Below are positions 34,777 to 44,194 of a stretch of 49,385 nucleotides of DNA, piece after piece. The notes under the pieces were generated by a model. That model was not told the origin of the DNA and ran no database searches. It saw only the letters and a list, made by a program, of their open reading frames with translations. How positions within the stretch are numbered: the stretch's first letter is position 1; every line of letters starts with the position of its first letter. Position numbers and translations under genes: made by a program. Origin of the DNA: Eubacteriales bacterium (GTDB lineage Bacteria > Bacillota > Clostridia > Oscillospirales > QAKW01); the NCBI GenBank assembly GCA_045546895.1, contig JAZQDS010000028.1, forward strand, positions 1 through 49,385, written 5' to 3'.

Positions 34777-36990
34777 TTAATAAAAGAAATCCAATATAAA
34801 CGCTGCCAACGGAGCGAAGAGCGCAATCAAAATCGCAGCCAACCATTCAGCACCCATAAAAAACCAAGGAATTAAAACAATCAAAATTGAAACGGCAAAA
34901 AGAATCCAATGACGCTGCGCAACAATCCCCAGCCGAACAGAGCGAAGCAACATATATAATCCCAGCAATAATACAGAAATGGATGCAGAAAGAAGAGATG
35001 ATTGAACTCCGAAGATTGATGCAGCCAAGAAAACAAGTCCGCAAAACGCACCTTGCAAAAGACTGCGCCGATATTTTGTGCAATTATTTACGCTTTCAAT
35101 AAAGAAATAGCATGGAAATAATAGAATCGGCTTCATCAACAGCAGAGGAAAAACAATCTTTTGAATTTCAAATCCGCGAATCAAGCAAATAGGAAGAGAC
35201 GCCAATAGAATTAAGAAAAAAACAGAAAGGAAATTCATGCAACGGCGGATTCCGCAAAACATACATTTGCTCCAATAAACAACATCCTGCGGCGAGATCC
35301 TATCGGAATATACCAATCTTGCCTGTTCCTTTTCAATGGTGGAATGATGCTCAGATACCGCGAGCCGCTGCTCTTTATGATGGGGCAATGTGTAACATTG
35401 CTTTTGCGGCAATTCCTTTAAAAGTTCCAAATCATATTGCTCAGCAAGTTTCTCGCCAAGTTCCTTAGAATAGGAGTTAATCATCGCAACCTTGACCGAA
35501 GAATGTTTCAATTGGCCTATCATGTCATGCGTTTTAAAGGAAAGGGGTAAATCAAAAACCAAGAGCGAAATCGCCCTCATTTTATGATCTAAAAAACCAT
35601 CATTTAATTGATTAGGGATGTAATCAAAATTGCATATTGATAATATGACAACAAAGCGGTTTTTCTTTTCTTCTTCACGAATTCGCGCTAATAATTCATC
35701 ATCAACGCTTTTTAAAAGCGGCAGCATTTTTTGCCAATACGCAGCAGTTACAACAACCGAGCGTCCATCAGCAACAAAAAGCGAAGAGATATACGAATCA
35801 AAGCTCCCTTCGCGGCGAAATACCGGAAAATCTCTTGTGAGCTGATCAATATCGATCCCTTCTCTCTTCAAAGCAGGACCAATTTTATCGGTAATCATAT
35901 GATTGCCAAGGCATAATGTAAAATAACTTAAATTTCGCTTTGTTTCGCCCCAAAAATTAATGCAGTCAGAAAATTCCAAGGTTTCATGCACAATGCGACC
36001 GGCATCAAAATAGACCTCATTTTCGCGGTTCATATCATCAAACGCCTTAATGTTGCGGATAAGGGCACCTTTTTGATAGAAGCTTTCAACATTACGATAA
36101 AGCGTCCATTCTGTAAGCGAATCAATCGGATTTAGAGCAATCAAAGAAGAAACCACAGCAAAAAAGAGAAGCGTTTCAACATAAGCAGATGTAAAAATTA
36201 AAGAAAGCAGAGTTCCGATCGAAAGCAAAACAACAATAAAAAAGATTGCAATTTGCCCCAAATTCTTTTGCTTATTCACAAAGATCGACTGCTGCTTATT
36301 CTTTTTCTTCTTTCCAACCTTTGCAATATAACAATCTTCTGCAAGCGCAGTTACTATGCATTTTCCGCTTCCGCTTGTTAAATAACTGCCTTTGAACAGC
36401 ATATTGGATTGCTCCTCCGCAGGGACATTGGAGGAATCAAGCGGGCGATCATGCTTCTCGGCCGGAATGGTTCGATCGAAAACAAATGATTCATCGGCAA
36501 AAATATGACTTCCTTGCAAAATTCTCATATCTGCCGTCAAAACAGAGCCGGTCTCTACCATAACAATATCGCCGATCATCAACTCATCGGGCGATAAATA
36601 AAGCGTTTTTCCCCCGCGTAAAACCAAACTTTTGGATTGATTATCATCAATAATTTTTTTATATTTTCTCTGATAAATCAAAACGCCCAGCGCTTCGCCC
36701 CAATATAACAGAGTCGAGATAATAAACGCCGAAATGATAATCCAAAAAAGAGACCAATTTTGATTCAGCAGCGAAAAAACAATCACAAGAAAATATGCTG
36801 CGATGCTGATGATATTTACATAATAGAACTTGGAACGAAGCATGGCAAAAAGATCCTTTATGAGAGCCAGCAAACGATTAAAGCGAGATTGATTTGTAAT
36901 CACTTTATTTTCCGAAAGCCCGATCTCCAAATCGCTTCCGTATTCCTGCATCAAAGCATCTGTATCCATATAATATGGTTTCATCATCAT
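34777..36990 (-). CDS. Degenerate P2-type (Ca2+-ATPase-like) P-type ATPase homologue
   Basis: N-terminal GLS segment, A domain VLRGG...ELMIGDIV...ADMRI...DES, NMLFKGS...GSGKCIVTA; TGES replaced by FDRT, DKTGT by DAGRI, TGD by NSY, no PEGL. Confidence 0.75.
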   Translation of the reverse strand: MMMKPYYMDTDALMQEYGSDLEIGLSENKVITNQSRFNRLLALIKDLFAMLRSKFYYVNIISIAAYFLVIVFSLLNQNWSLFWIIISAFIISTLLYWGEALGVLIYQRKYKKIIDDNQSKSLVLRGGKTLYLSPDELMIGDIVMVETGSVLTADMRILQGSHIFADESFVFDRTIPAEKHDRPLDSSNVPAEEQSNMLFKGSYLTSGSGKCIVTALAEDCYIAKVGKKKKNKQQSIFVNKQKNLGQIAIFFIVVLLSIGTLLSLIFTSAYVETLLFFAVVSSLIALNPIDSLTEWTLYRNVESFYQKGALIRNIKAFDDMNRENEVYFDAGRIVHETLEFSDCINFWGETKRNLSYFTLCLGNHMITDKIGPALKREGIDIDQLTRDFPVFRREGSFDSYISSLFVADGRSVVVTAAYWQKMLPLLKSVDDELLARIREEEKKNRFVVILSICNFDYIPNQLNDGFLDHKMRAISLLVFDLPLSFKTHDMIGQLKHSSVKVAMINSYSKELGEKLAEQYDLELLKELPQKQCYTLPHHKEQRLAVSEHHSTIEKEQARLVYSDRISPQDVVYWSKCMFCGIRRCMNFLSVFFLILLASLPICLIRGFEIQKIVFPLLLMKPILLFPCYFFIESVNNCTKYRRSLLQGAFCGLVFLAASIFGVQSSLLSASISVLLLGLYMLLRSVRLGIVAQRHWILFAVSILIVLIPWFFMGAEWLAAILIALFAPLAAFILDFFY

Positions 36991-37015
36991 TCTCCCAAAA
37001 ATAAATTATAAAATT

Positions 37016-37044
37016 ATTATATACGAAAATGTCGAAAAAGTAAA
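37016..37044 (-). promoter_or_regulatory. Sigma-A promoter for the pseudo-P2 ATPase gene
   Basis: TTTACT-17 bp-TATAAT. Confidence 0.6.
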
Positions 37045-37070
37045 TAAAAATAAATTACACGGGCATAATA
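37042..37070 (+). promoter_or_regulatory. Candidate sigG/sigF promoter for the small ORF
   Basis: AAATA-17 bp-CATAATA, with -10 region GGGCATAATA. Confidence 0.55.
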
Positions 37071-37100
37071 AACATTGAAAAAAGAAAGGGTGATAAAAAG

Positions 37101-37265
37101 ATGAAGCAATCCAAAAATTTGATCATTTCAATGATGGCCGGTGCAGCTTTGGGCGCAACCGCCGGTGTTTTGATGTCAAAAAGTAAGCCTAAAAAAACCA
37201 TGACTAAAACAGCAGGAAGCGCAATTAAAGCGGTCGGAAATTTTGTGGAACACATGAATTTCTAA
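37101..37265 (+). CDS. Small 54-aa YtxH-like membrane protein (absent from ORF track)
   Basis: GAAAGGGTG RBS; MKQSKNLIISMMAGAALGATAGVLMSKSKPKKTMTKTAGSAIKAVGNFVEHMNF*; GxxxGxxxG helix plus basic tail; terminator follows. Confidence 0.78.
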   Translation: MKQSKNLIISMMAGAALGATAGVLMSKSKPKKTMTKTAGSAIKAVGNFVEHMNF

Positions 37266-37301
37266 AAAAAAACAACGCCAAAGGCAAAGCCTTTGGCGTT
37301 G
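37264..37301. terminator. Terminator of the sugar-uptake operon (probably bidirectional)
   Basis: A-run, then CAACGCCAAAGGC-AAA-GCCTTTGGCGTTG. Confidence 0.88.
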
Positions 37302-37317
37302 AATCTTTTTGAAAAAA

Positions 37318-38322
37318 TCAGCCAACGATACCGCTTCGGGTGATCGATTCGGTAAACTTTTTCTGAAGGATAATAAATGTAATCAACAAGGGCAGGATAT
37401 AAAGGATAATACCTGCGCGCAGAATCGGATAAAGAGTAATCTTATCTGCGCCGTAATATGCACCGCTATAGCCCGTCATATTAGAATACATTGAGCTCAA
37501 AACATTCGGCAAGGTATTAATGTTTGGCAGGAACATCGGAACAGTATAATAATCGTTCCAATACCAAACGATACAGAATAAGAATACCGTTGTAAATGCA
37601 GGGCCTGCATTGGGCACCAAAATGCGAAGGAAGGTCTTCATAGCGCCGCATCCATCGATATACGCAGCTTCTTCAAGTTCCTTCGGGAAGCCGCTGAAGA
37701 ACTGGCGATATACGAATACAAACAAGCCACTCTTCAAGCCTGCAGCAAAGAGTGCAGGAAGAATAAAAGCCCAAAGGGAGTCGGTCAGCTCAAAATAGGG
37801 CTGATCGATCCAACCAAGAGAATTGATCGCAGTTGCAAGATAGAGGGGATCAAACATTCTGAAGCTGGTATACAAGGGAACCATGATTGTTGACGGAGGA
37901 ACAATGATGGTCAGCAACACCAAGAAAAACAAAATATTCTTACCGCGGAATTTAAACCGCGCAAATCCATAACCGGCCAGCGCGCAGGAGCATACCTGCA
38001 AGATGGTAGGCCAGAAAGAAATATTAAAAGTGTTTTTCAAGCTGACTGCAAAATCCAGTTCCTCCCAAGCGTTCAAAAAGTTCTCCAAGGTGAAATGCTT
38101 CGGAACATAGATGATCGTTGTATCATACATATCCTGCGGAGTGCGAATTGCCTGCGAAAGGCTAAAGAGCAGAGGATATAAAATAATGTAAGAAAGACCG
38201 ATAAGAATCAGCGCAACAGCAAGATTCGCAATGAATTTAGAAACAACATAAATCCACATCCGCTTATCAGCTTTTTTACCTTCTTTTCCAAACTGATGTT
38301 TAAAAGCTTTAAAAAGTTTCAT
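37318..38322 (-). CDS. Carbohydrate ABC permease (MalG type), second pair
   Basis: LAGYGFARFKFRGK, EAA loop PKELEEAAYIDG, WYWNDY. Confidence 0.93.
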   Translation of the reverse strand: MKLFKAFKHQFGKEGKKADKRMWIYVVSKFIANLAVALILIGLSYIILYPLLFSLSQAIRTPQDMYDTTIIYVPKHFTLENFLNAWEELDFAVSLKNTFNISFWPTILQVCSCALAGYGFARFKFRGKNILFFLVLLTIIVPPSTIMVPLYTSFRMFDPLYLATAINSLGWIDQPYFELTDSLWAFILPALFAAGLKSGLFVFVYRQFFSGFPKELEEAAYIDGCGAMKTFLRILVPNAGPAFTTVFLFCIVWYWNDYYTVPMFLPNINTLPNVLSSMYSNMTGYSGAYYGADKITLYPILRAGIILYILPLLITFIILQKKFTESITRSGIVG

Positions 38323-38338
38323 TTTTTATCCTCCTTTC

Positions 38339-39718
38339 TTAATCACTACTCTTGGTGATAATTTTAAAGAGCGCAAAAACAACGCCAATTATCACTAATA
38401 TGAGCCCAAAGAATACCCAAGACGCCGCCGCTGCACCGCCGAAGTTAAAGGTAACATTGATCATCGAATCGATCTGCTTCAAAACAGCATTATCCGTATC
38501 GCTGAAAGTATCAACAATGGTATAAACAACGTTTACCAAAATAATCGGGGCTACATTCGGGAATGTAATCAGCCAGAAGGTTTCCCATGCAGTTGCGCCT
38601 TCAACATCACTCGCCTCATAAAGAGAGGGAGAAATGCTCTGCAAAGCTGCCAGGAAGAGCAGGATCTGAATACCGGAATCCCAAACAACATCGAAAATAC
38701 GGTCAGCAACTAACGTCATATATTCTGTTAGTTTCTCATTCAATCCTAACCCGACCAAGAAGTCGGTAGCATTTGCAGCCTCAAATAAAACGCCGTTACT
38801 AACATTACCTTCCATAATCGCAGCAGCATCGCTGGAGCTATTAAAGGTAGTCATAACAACACCGGTAGTAACAATAACGGGCAGGAAGAAAATTCCACGC
38901 ACCAGACCACGACCGGCAAACTTACGATTCAGCAAAACAGCAACAAACAAGCTGAAAATCAAAACAACCGGAACATTAACCAAAAGGTCTGTTAGAGTTG
39001 CGCTCAAAGCTTGAACGTATGCTGCACCACTGGTCAGCAAGCTCTTATAGTTATCAAAGTTGTTCCAAGTGCAGGCATATCCGTCAAACACAGATACGCT
39101 GGAGAAGGAAAACTGCAAGGACTGGAAGCAGGGATAAAGGAAGAACAAAAGGAAGCCGATAAACCAAGGCAAAACAAACATAAAGCCAACGAATGCCTGG
39201 CGAGATTCATAAGAAATCTTCTTACGATTCTTTTTCGCTTTCTTTTCAGAAGGAATCTTCTTCCCCGCTTTCTTTGCTTCTTCAATTTCAGCAAGGCGGC
39301 GCTCGCGCTCCTGCTTTGCTGCGCGGTTCTGGCGAACCGCCTCAAGCTGCTCAGGAGTTAACTGGGAAAGCTGCTCAACAATGCGCGCTTTTTGCTCATC
39401 GGAAAGCTGCTTTTTAGCAATTTCTTCCTGCATGCGACGCTCTTCCTCTTCCAACTCCGCGCGGCGTGCTGCCAATTCGGCAGCAGCCTTAGCAGCTTTC
39501 GCTTCGCGGATGGCAGCAATCTGCTCGGGAGTCATCTTAGCAAGGCGTTCTCTTGCGATTTCCTGCGCACGCTTGGGATTTTGCTTTGCAAGGGTTTTGG
39601 CGATATTTTTGTTAAATTCAGGATCGCGCTCGATAACCTCTTCCTTTGCAGCTTCAGCGGGCTCTTCAATCGGAGCATTCAACGTTTCATTATTCAATTC
39701 TTCGTTTAAATTACTCAT
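38339..39718 (-). CDS. Carbohydrate ABC permease (MalF type) with an N-terminal charged helical extension of about 170 aa
   Basis: FVLPWFIGF, FFLPVI, LQSISPSLYEASDVEGA; E/A/K/R-rich N-terminus. Confidence 0.92.
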   Translation of the reverse strand: MSNLNEELNNETLNAPIEEPAEAAKEEVIERDPEFNKNIAKTLAKQNPKRAQEIARERLAKMTPEQIAAIREAKAAKAAAELAARRAELEEEERRMQEEIAKKQLSDEQKARIVEQLSQLTPEQLEAVRQNRAAKQERERRLAEIEEAKKAGKKIPSEKKAKKNRKKISYESRQAFVGFMFVLPWFIGFLLFFLYPCFQSLQFSFSSVSVFDGYACTWNNFDNYKSLLTSGAAYVQALSATLTDLLVNVPVVLIFSLFVAVLLNRKFAGRGLVRGIFFLPVIVTTGVVMTTFNSSSDAAAIMEGNVSNGVLFEAANATDFLVGLGLNEKLTEYMTLVADRIFDVVWDSGIQILLFLAALQSISPSLYEASDVEGATAWETFWLITFPNVAPIILVNVVYTIVDTFSDTDNAVLKQIDSMINVTFNFGGAAAASWVFFGLILVIIGVVFALFKIITKSSD

Positions 39719-41946
39719 GAATTAGCACCTCCTACAACTACAAAGTCATTGGCGGGAACACTTACTCCGCCGATCATTGCATCGTCATCGCCATAGTTCA
39801 CATAGACCTTTGCGCCATTTTCAAAAATGGTAATTCTGGCAGTATCGTTAACGATTTTATGATCTTCGATTGTGCTGTCTTCAATTGCGTCGTAGACAAC
39901 CTTCAATCTCTTATAATTTTTGATCATGCTATCATAATGATCATCCAATTCACAAGCATAAGAAGCGGTGAAGTTGGTTTCCTGGAACGAGGTGGAATCA
40001 GCATCCATCAAGAGATAATAGAGGCTGGTGCCGGTTTCGGCAAGCTTCAGCAGAAGCGCATTCTCCTCGGAATCCAGATTAATTGCAGGGCCTGCCAAAT
40101 TGGTAAAGCCGCGGAATACCAGCTGATAGAACGGAACATCCTGCAGAGCCAGGTTATTATGGCTTGCATAAACCGGAGAATCAACCACATTATCAACATA
40201 AGGAACTGCATAACCATTACCGCCCTTTGTGCTGATAATGCCGTTCTCACCAACAAATTCATTCGCATTCTTATAAATCTCGCTCATAATCTTAGCAGAG
40301 TCATCGCGAGTAACAATATTGCTGAAATTATATGCACAATAAAGAGTTTCACCAATGGTATTAAAAGAATAGCTGGTTACGCCATATTTAGATGCATCAT
40401 CCATGAAGCTCTTGGAATAACCGGGCATAAACGCGGGATGAATCAGCTGATTGGAAATAGAATTTTTATCCAAGGCACCTGCAGCGGAAATTCTGGCTTT
40501 AAATACAGTTACAGGAGCAGCATCAAGACCATAGGCGGTGCTTCTGAACTTTTTAATCTTACCATTATTACCAAAGAAGGATTGCAGATCCAGATCAAAG
40601 CTCAAGAAATAATTATCGTTTTCATTTACTTTATCGATCAGCTTCTTCGCTGCCTTCTTTCCTCCGAGCTTAGAATTAAGATCAAAGGAATCGCTCATAG
40701 TTGTTTCAAGGCCGCCGGATGCCCAGCCGGTATAGTTAATATAAGCCTTATCAATACCATCGGCAACAAGCCGATCAACAAGTTCTTCCGCTTCGCTATA
40801 AGTAGTCAGAGGCTTAACTCCGGTATAAGGAATACCGAGGAAATGGGTCTGATACTTAACAGCACCATAAAGCGCAACACAAAGCGAATTGGAAATATTG
40901 CTGTCCACCTTATCCATTCCGAGTTCGTTGATCAAATATTCGCGGTATTGTTTAGCCATACCAACATAATTCGATTCATCTTTATCAAGGAAATAGATGC
41001 GGGAAACATAGTTTTCAGGAATTTCCTCACTATAATAGTTGCCGGTACCGGAGGAGCCGGTAACAGTGCGCCGAGTCTGGGTATCACGAACACTAACAAC
41101 GGAATATACCGCATTGTAACCATTCTTATACTTGCTTACATAGGCATGAACATTGCTGATTGCAGCACCGCTTTCAATAATGTTCAAGAAGGCTTCGCCA
41201 TTGCGAACCATGCCATAAACAGGCAAACGAAGAGGCTCGTTCAAATTGGTGAAATAACTCTGAGAAGCAACCTCGGTGGGGTTATTATCGTAGAAAGCAC
41301 CTTCGCCGCTCACACCAAATTCATAGGGAATCAAAACCTGTTCATTGAGTTCCATCAAGGAACCGCTGCCATCGGGAAGCAAACAATAGCCCTTATCCTT
41401 GGTATTGGCGGCACCAAAAAATTCAAACAGCTCAACAGTAAGAACACGGCTGTCGCCCATCTCAACAATTTTATCAATCAAAACTTCAACATGCAGATAA
41501 TCTTCCTTCAAGGAAAGCATAACAGGAATGGAGAAGTTTGTGAAATATTCGTTGAAATAGAAGGTCATGATCCAATCGTTATCGCGATGCTCAAAAACAA
41601 TGGAAGAATCCAAGGAGCTTACACCCTGAACGCTATAGCTTGAGTTCAGATATGTAACAGAAATTTGACTATTCAGTTCTTCGGCGGTATCGCCTTCTGC
41701 ATACTTATCTTCCGCTCTATCGATCGGATTGGAATACCAGATTGTACCGGTTTTCAAATTCATAAGAGCAAATTCGCCGCTGATATAATTCAGATACAAT
41801 GCAATATTCTTATTGGAATCTGCAAGCTGAAAATCAGGTGTTTCTGCAAGAGTCTTGGGCGCAGCCGCTGCTGCGGTAAGAGTAACCATCGAAACACAGG
41901 AAAGGATCATTACGATAGTAACGATAATAGAAATGATTTTTTTCAT
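39715..41946 (-). CDS. Secreted DUF5696-like protein
   Basis: Signal peptide; WYSNP, LPDGSGSL, LRLPVYG, YVGMAKQYREYL, PLTTY, GWASGG, VPFYQLVFRG, FENGAKVYVNY. Start ATG 41946. Confidence 0.8.
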   Translation of the reverse strand: MKKIISIIVTIVMILSCVSMVTLTAAAAAPKTLAETPDFQLADSNKNIALYLNYISGEFALMNLKTGTIWYSNPIDRAEDKYAEGDTAEELNSQISVTYLNSSYSVQGVSSLDSSIVFEHRDNDWIMTFYFNEYFTNFSIPVMLSLKEDYLHVEVLIDKIVEMGDSRVLTVELFEFFGAANTKDKGYCLLPDGSGSLMELNEQVLIPYEFGVSGEGAFYDNNPTEVASQSYFTNLNEPLRLPVYGMVRNGEAFLNIIESGAAISNVHAYVSKYKNGYNAVYSVVSVRDTQTRRTVTGSSGTGNYYSEEIPENYVSRIYFLDKDESNYVGMAKQYREYLINELGMDKVDSNISNSLCVALYGAVKYQTHFLGIPYTGVKPLTTYSEAEELVDRLVADGIDKAYINYTGWASGGLETTMSDSFDLNSKLGGKKAAKKLIDKVNENDNYFLSFDLDLQSFFGNNGKIKKFRSTAYGLDAAPVTVFKARISAAGALDKNSISNQLIHPAFMPGYSKSFMDDASKYGVTSYSFNTIGETLYCAYNFSNIVTRDDSAKIMSEIYKNANEFVGENGIISTKGGNGYAVPYVDNVVDSPVYASHNNLALQDVPFYQLVFRGFTNLAGPAINLDSEENALLLKLAETGTSLYYLLMDADSTSFQETNFTASYACELDDHYDSMIKNYKRLKVVYDAIEDSTIEDHKIVNDTARITIFENGAKVYVNYGDDDAMIGGVSVPANDFVVVGGANS

Positions 41947-41963
41947 ACGATTTACCCCCTTCC

Positions 41964-42647
41964 TCACGAGAACAATCGCATACGACATTCTGTAATGATT
42001 GTAAGAATGAACGTATACAACTGCTGCATCAAAACAACAAACAAAAAGATCAGGAAGAAGATGACAATCATCGCAACAATCGACATAATCAAATTGAACA
42101 AGGTCGAGGTAAAGGAATAATTATGAATAACCATTATTCCATAAAAAAGCAGACCAACAAACCACATATCAGCGCAAACTGCGAGGATTGAAACGAAAAC
42201 AAACTCATTTTCAATCAAAACGCGCGAGAATACTGCAGAGATAATGTTTGCAAGAATCAACGGAGTCAGGCTGTAGCAGGCAACAACATAAATATCTACT
42301 AAGCGACCTTCGCCGTTCAGCAAGGTGCAGAGCGCCCAGTTTGCAACAACAAAAAGCAAAACAAGAACGCCGGAAGTGCACAATACAACCAAAACATTGA
42401 AGTCTTTTAAACGCAATGTGGAATAAATGAAGCCGGTAGCGACTTCTTTAATGATTGCGGAAACAGAAAAAGCAATCAAAAGCAAAGTTGCGTAAACGGT
42501 GGAGCCGTTTTTCTTAATCTTCAAATCTTCCATGGTCTCAACCGGATGGGTCAGCAGCAAAAACGGATTCTTTTTGCCAACCAGCAGCTGCCGAAACAGC
42601 GCCTTCAGCATAACATAAATGTTACTCAGCCATTTCTGAATTGTCAT
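41964..42647 (-). CDS. Yip1-like membrane protein
   Basis: HP motif, ANWALCTLLNGEG, YSLTP, GIMVIHNYS; about five TMs; start ATG 42647 with GGAGGTGG RBS. Confidence 0.78.
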   Translation of the reverse strand: MTIQKWLSNIYVMLKALFRQLLVGKKNPFLLLTHPVETMEDLKIKKNGSTVYATLLLIAFSVSAIIKEVATGFIYSTLRLKDFNVLVVLCTSGVLVLLFVVANWALCTLLNGEGRLVDIYVVACYSLTPLILANIISAVFSRVLIENEFVFVSILAVCADMWFVGLLFYGIMVIHNYSFTSTLFNLIMSIVAMIVIFFLIFLFVVLMQQLYTFILTIITECRMRLFS

Positions 42648-44181
42648 CGTCTCCACCTCCTTTTACCTTATTCTTAATAGCGGCAATGATTTTTTTGCCC
42701 CAAATATGCCATACAAAGAAGATCACAACCAATACAACAAGGCCGGTCATCAGCAATCCGAAGTTATCTGCAAGCAGGTTTTCTCTATAAAGAGCGAAGG
42801 AATCCTGATAATTCATTCTGTCGTTTGCGATCTTGAAATGATGAAGAGCCTCTTCATAGCGACCGTTCTGATAATAAACCTTACCAAGACCGATATGAGC
42901 CAACTCACAGTTGGCATTGCTCTTTAAAACTTCAACCCAATAGCCTTCGGCCTGATCATAGAGGCCGCGGTCATAATACTCAATACCCTGATGCAGCAGC
43001 TTACCATAGTCGGTAAGATCATATACGGTCAAAGAACCGTAAACCGCATCAAGAATTAAGGTCTTCTTCCCCAGCTTTGCAATTCCAACAGGAGATTGGA
43101 AAAGACCTTGCTGAGAACCCTTTGCACCATATACAAAGGTCAGGTTACCTTCACTATCATACTCAAACACCTTGCAAAGGTTAGAATCGAGCAAAGTAAA
43201 GAAACCATCATCATCTACCGCAACATCGGTAAATACATTACCTTGACCGGCGGTAGCGCGGCGAACCAAATCGCCATAGGTTCTGGAAAGCGTTGTGTTA
43301 ATCTTTTGAGTACTCTTTGCCGTAGGATCAAGAATACTGTTGCCCATAAAGTTCATTTTCGTAAGCTGATCGGTATTGGTGCCTTCAGCGGCGGAAACAA
43401 CAGTATAAACAAAACCGTATTCATCAACGATCAAATTAGCAAATTCAGTCGGAACAAAGGTAATAAAGGTATTGTCTGCATTTTTGCCCATCAATGAGCG
43501 GAAAACACGACGCCAAGCCAATGTTACCATATCAACAACCGACATCTTAACGGCAGGAGCACCAAAATAACGAAGGAACACGCCCTGAGGATTAAATTCC
43601 ATTACACCATCGAGGGTACCTGTGGAAATTACATAAATAGACATATTCTTCGCAATACCAACCTTAGAAGGCTTGAAATCGCCTGTAAACATATCCGTCT
43701 TCGGCGCGCCAATGGTCTGAACAATCTTACCGCTCTTGGATTTATCCAGCTTCAATACCTGCTTATTACCGGTATCGCATACATAGATATAACCGAATTT
43801 ATCAACGGTAAGACTTTCCGGCGCCTTCATCTTATAAGGATTGCCGTTTGCTTCCAAGGTAGAAAGCGTTTTGATATGATTGAATTTGCTATCCAGAATG
43901 TGGATCAATGCTGCGCCCTTGGAATCATAGCAGAGAATGTAGATCTCATTCTGCGGACTTACATAAAGATCAATCGCCTTTTCGATAACGCCGATTCCAA
44001 GATCGTCCCCGTAATATACCTTTTCGGGGGCATAGCCGGAGGGAGTAATAATTGCTTCGCCATAATAATTATAATTGTAGGAATTAAAAGCGATATAGGC
44101 CGAAGAAGACATTGCAAGCATCGATACCAAAATCATCATCGCCATTGCAAATGCAATGATTTTTGTTAATTTACGTTTCAT
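42622..44181 (-). CDS. Extracellular NHL beta-propeller plus TPR protein with C-terminal TM anchor
   Basis: Signal peptide; NHL-like blades (PESLTVDKFGYIYVCDTGN, FQSPVGIA); TPRs (LAHIGLGKVYYQNGRYEEALHHF); C-terminal TM. Start ATG 44181 with AAGGAGG RBS. Confidence 0.82.
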   Translation of the reverse strand: MKRKLTKIIAFAMAMMILVSMLAMSSSAYIAFNSYNYNYYGEAIITPSGYAPEKVYYGDDLGIGVIEKAIDLYVSPQNEIYILCYDSKGAALIHILDSKFNHIKTLSTLEANGNPYKMKAPESLTVDKFGYIYVCDTGNKQVLKLDKSKSGKIVQTIGAPKTDMFTGDFKPSKVGIAKNMSIYVISTGTLDGVMEFNPQGVFLRYFGAPAVKMSVVDMVTLAWRRVFRSLMGKNADNTFITFVPTEFANLIVDEYGFVYTVVSAAEGTNTDQLTKMNFMGNSILDPTAKSTQKINTTLSRTYGDLVRRATAGQGNVFTDVAVDDDGFFTLLDSNLCKVFEYDSEGNLTFVYGAKGSQQGLFQSPVGIAKLGKKTLILDAVYGSLTVYDLTDYGKLLHQGIEYYDRGLYDQAEGYWVEVLKSNANCELAHIGLGKVYYQNGRYEEALHHFKIANDRMNYQDSFALYRENLLADNFGLLMTGLVVLVVIFFVWHIWGKKIIAAIKNKVKGGGDDDNSEMAE

Positions 44182-44194
44182 TACTTGCACCTCC

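Noticed and set aside
37055-37255. 66-aa minus-strand ORF in the track
   Set aside because: Shadow of the better-supported plus-strand gene at 37101-37265, which has RBS, promoter and terminator.
39859-41643. 594-aa plus-strand ORF opposite the DUF5696-like gene
   Set aside because: Ile/Asn-rich mirror-frame translation typical of antisense shadows; no domain features.
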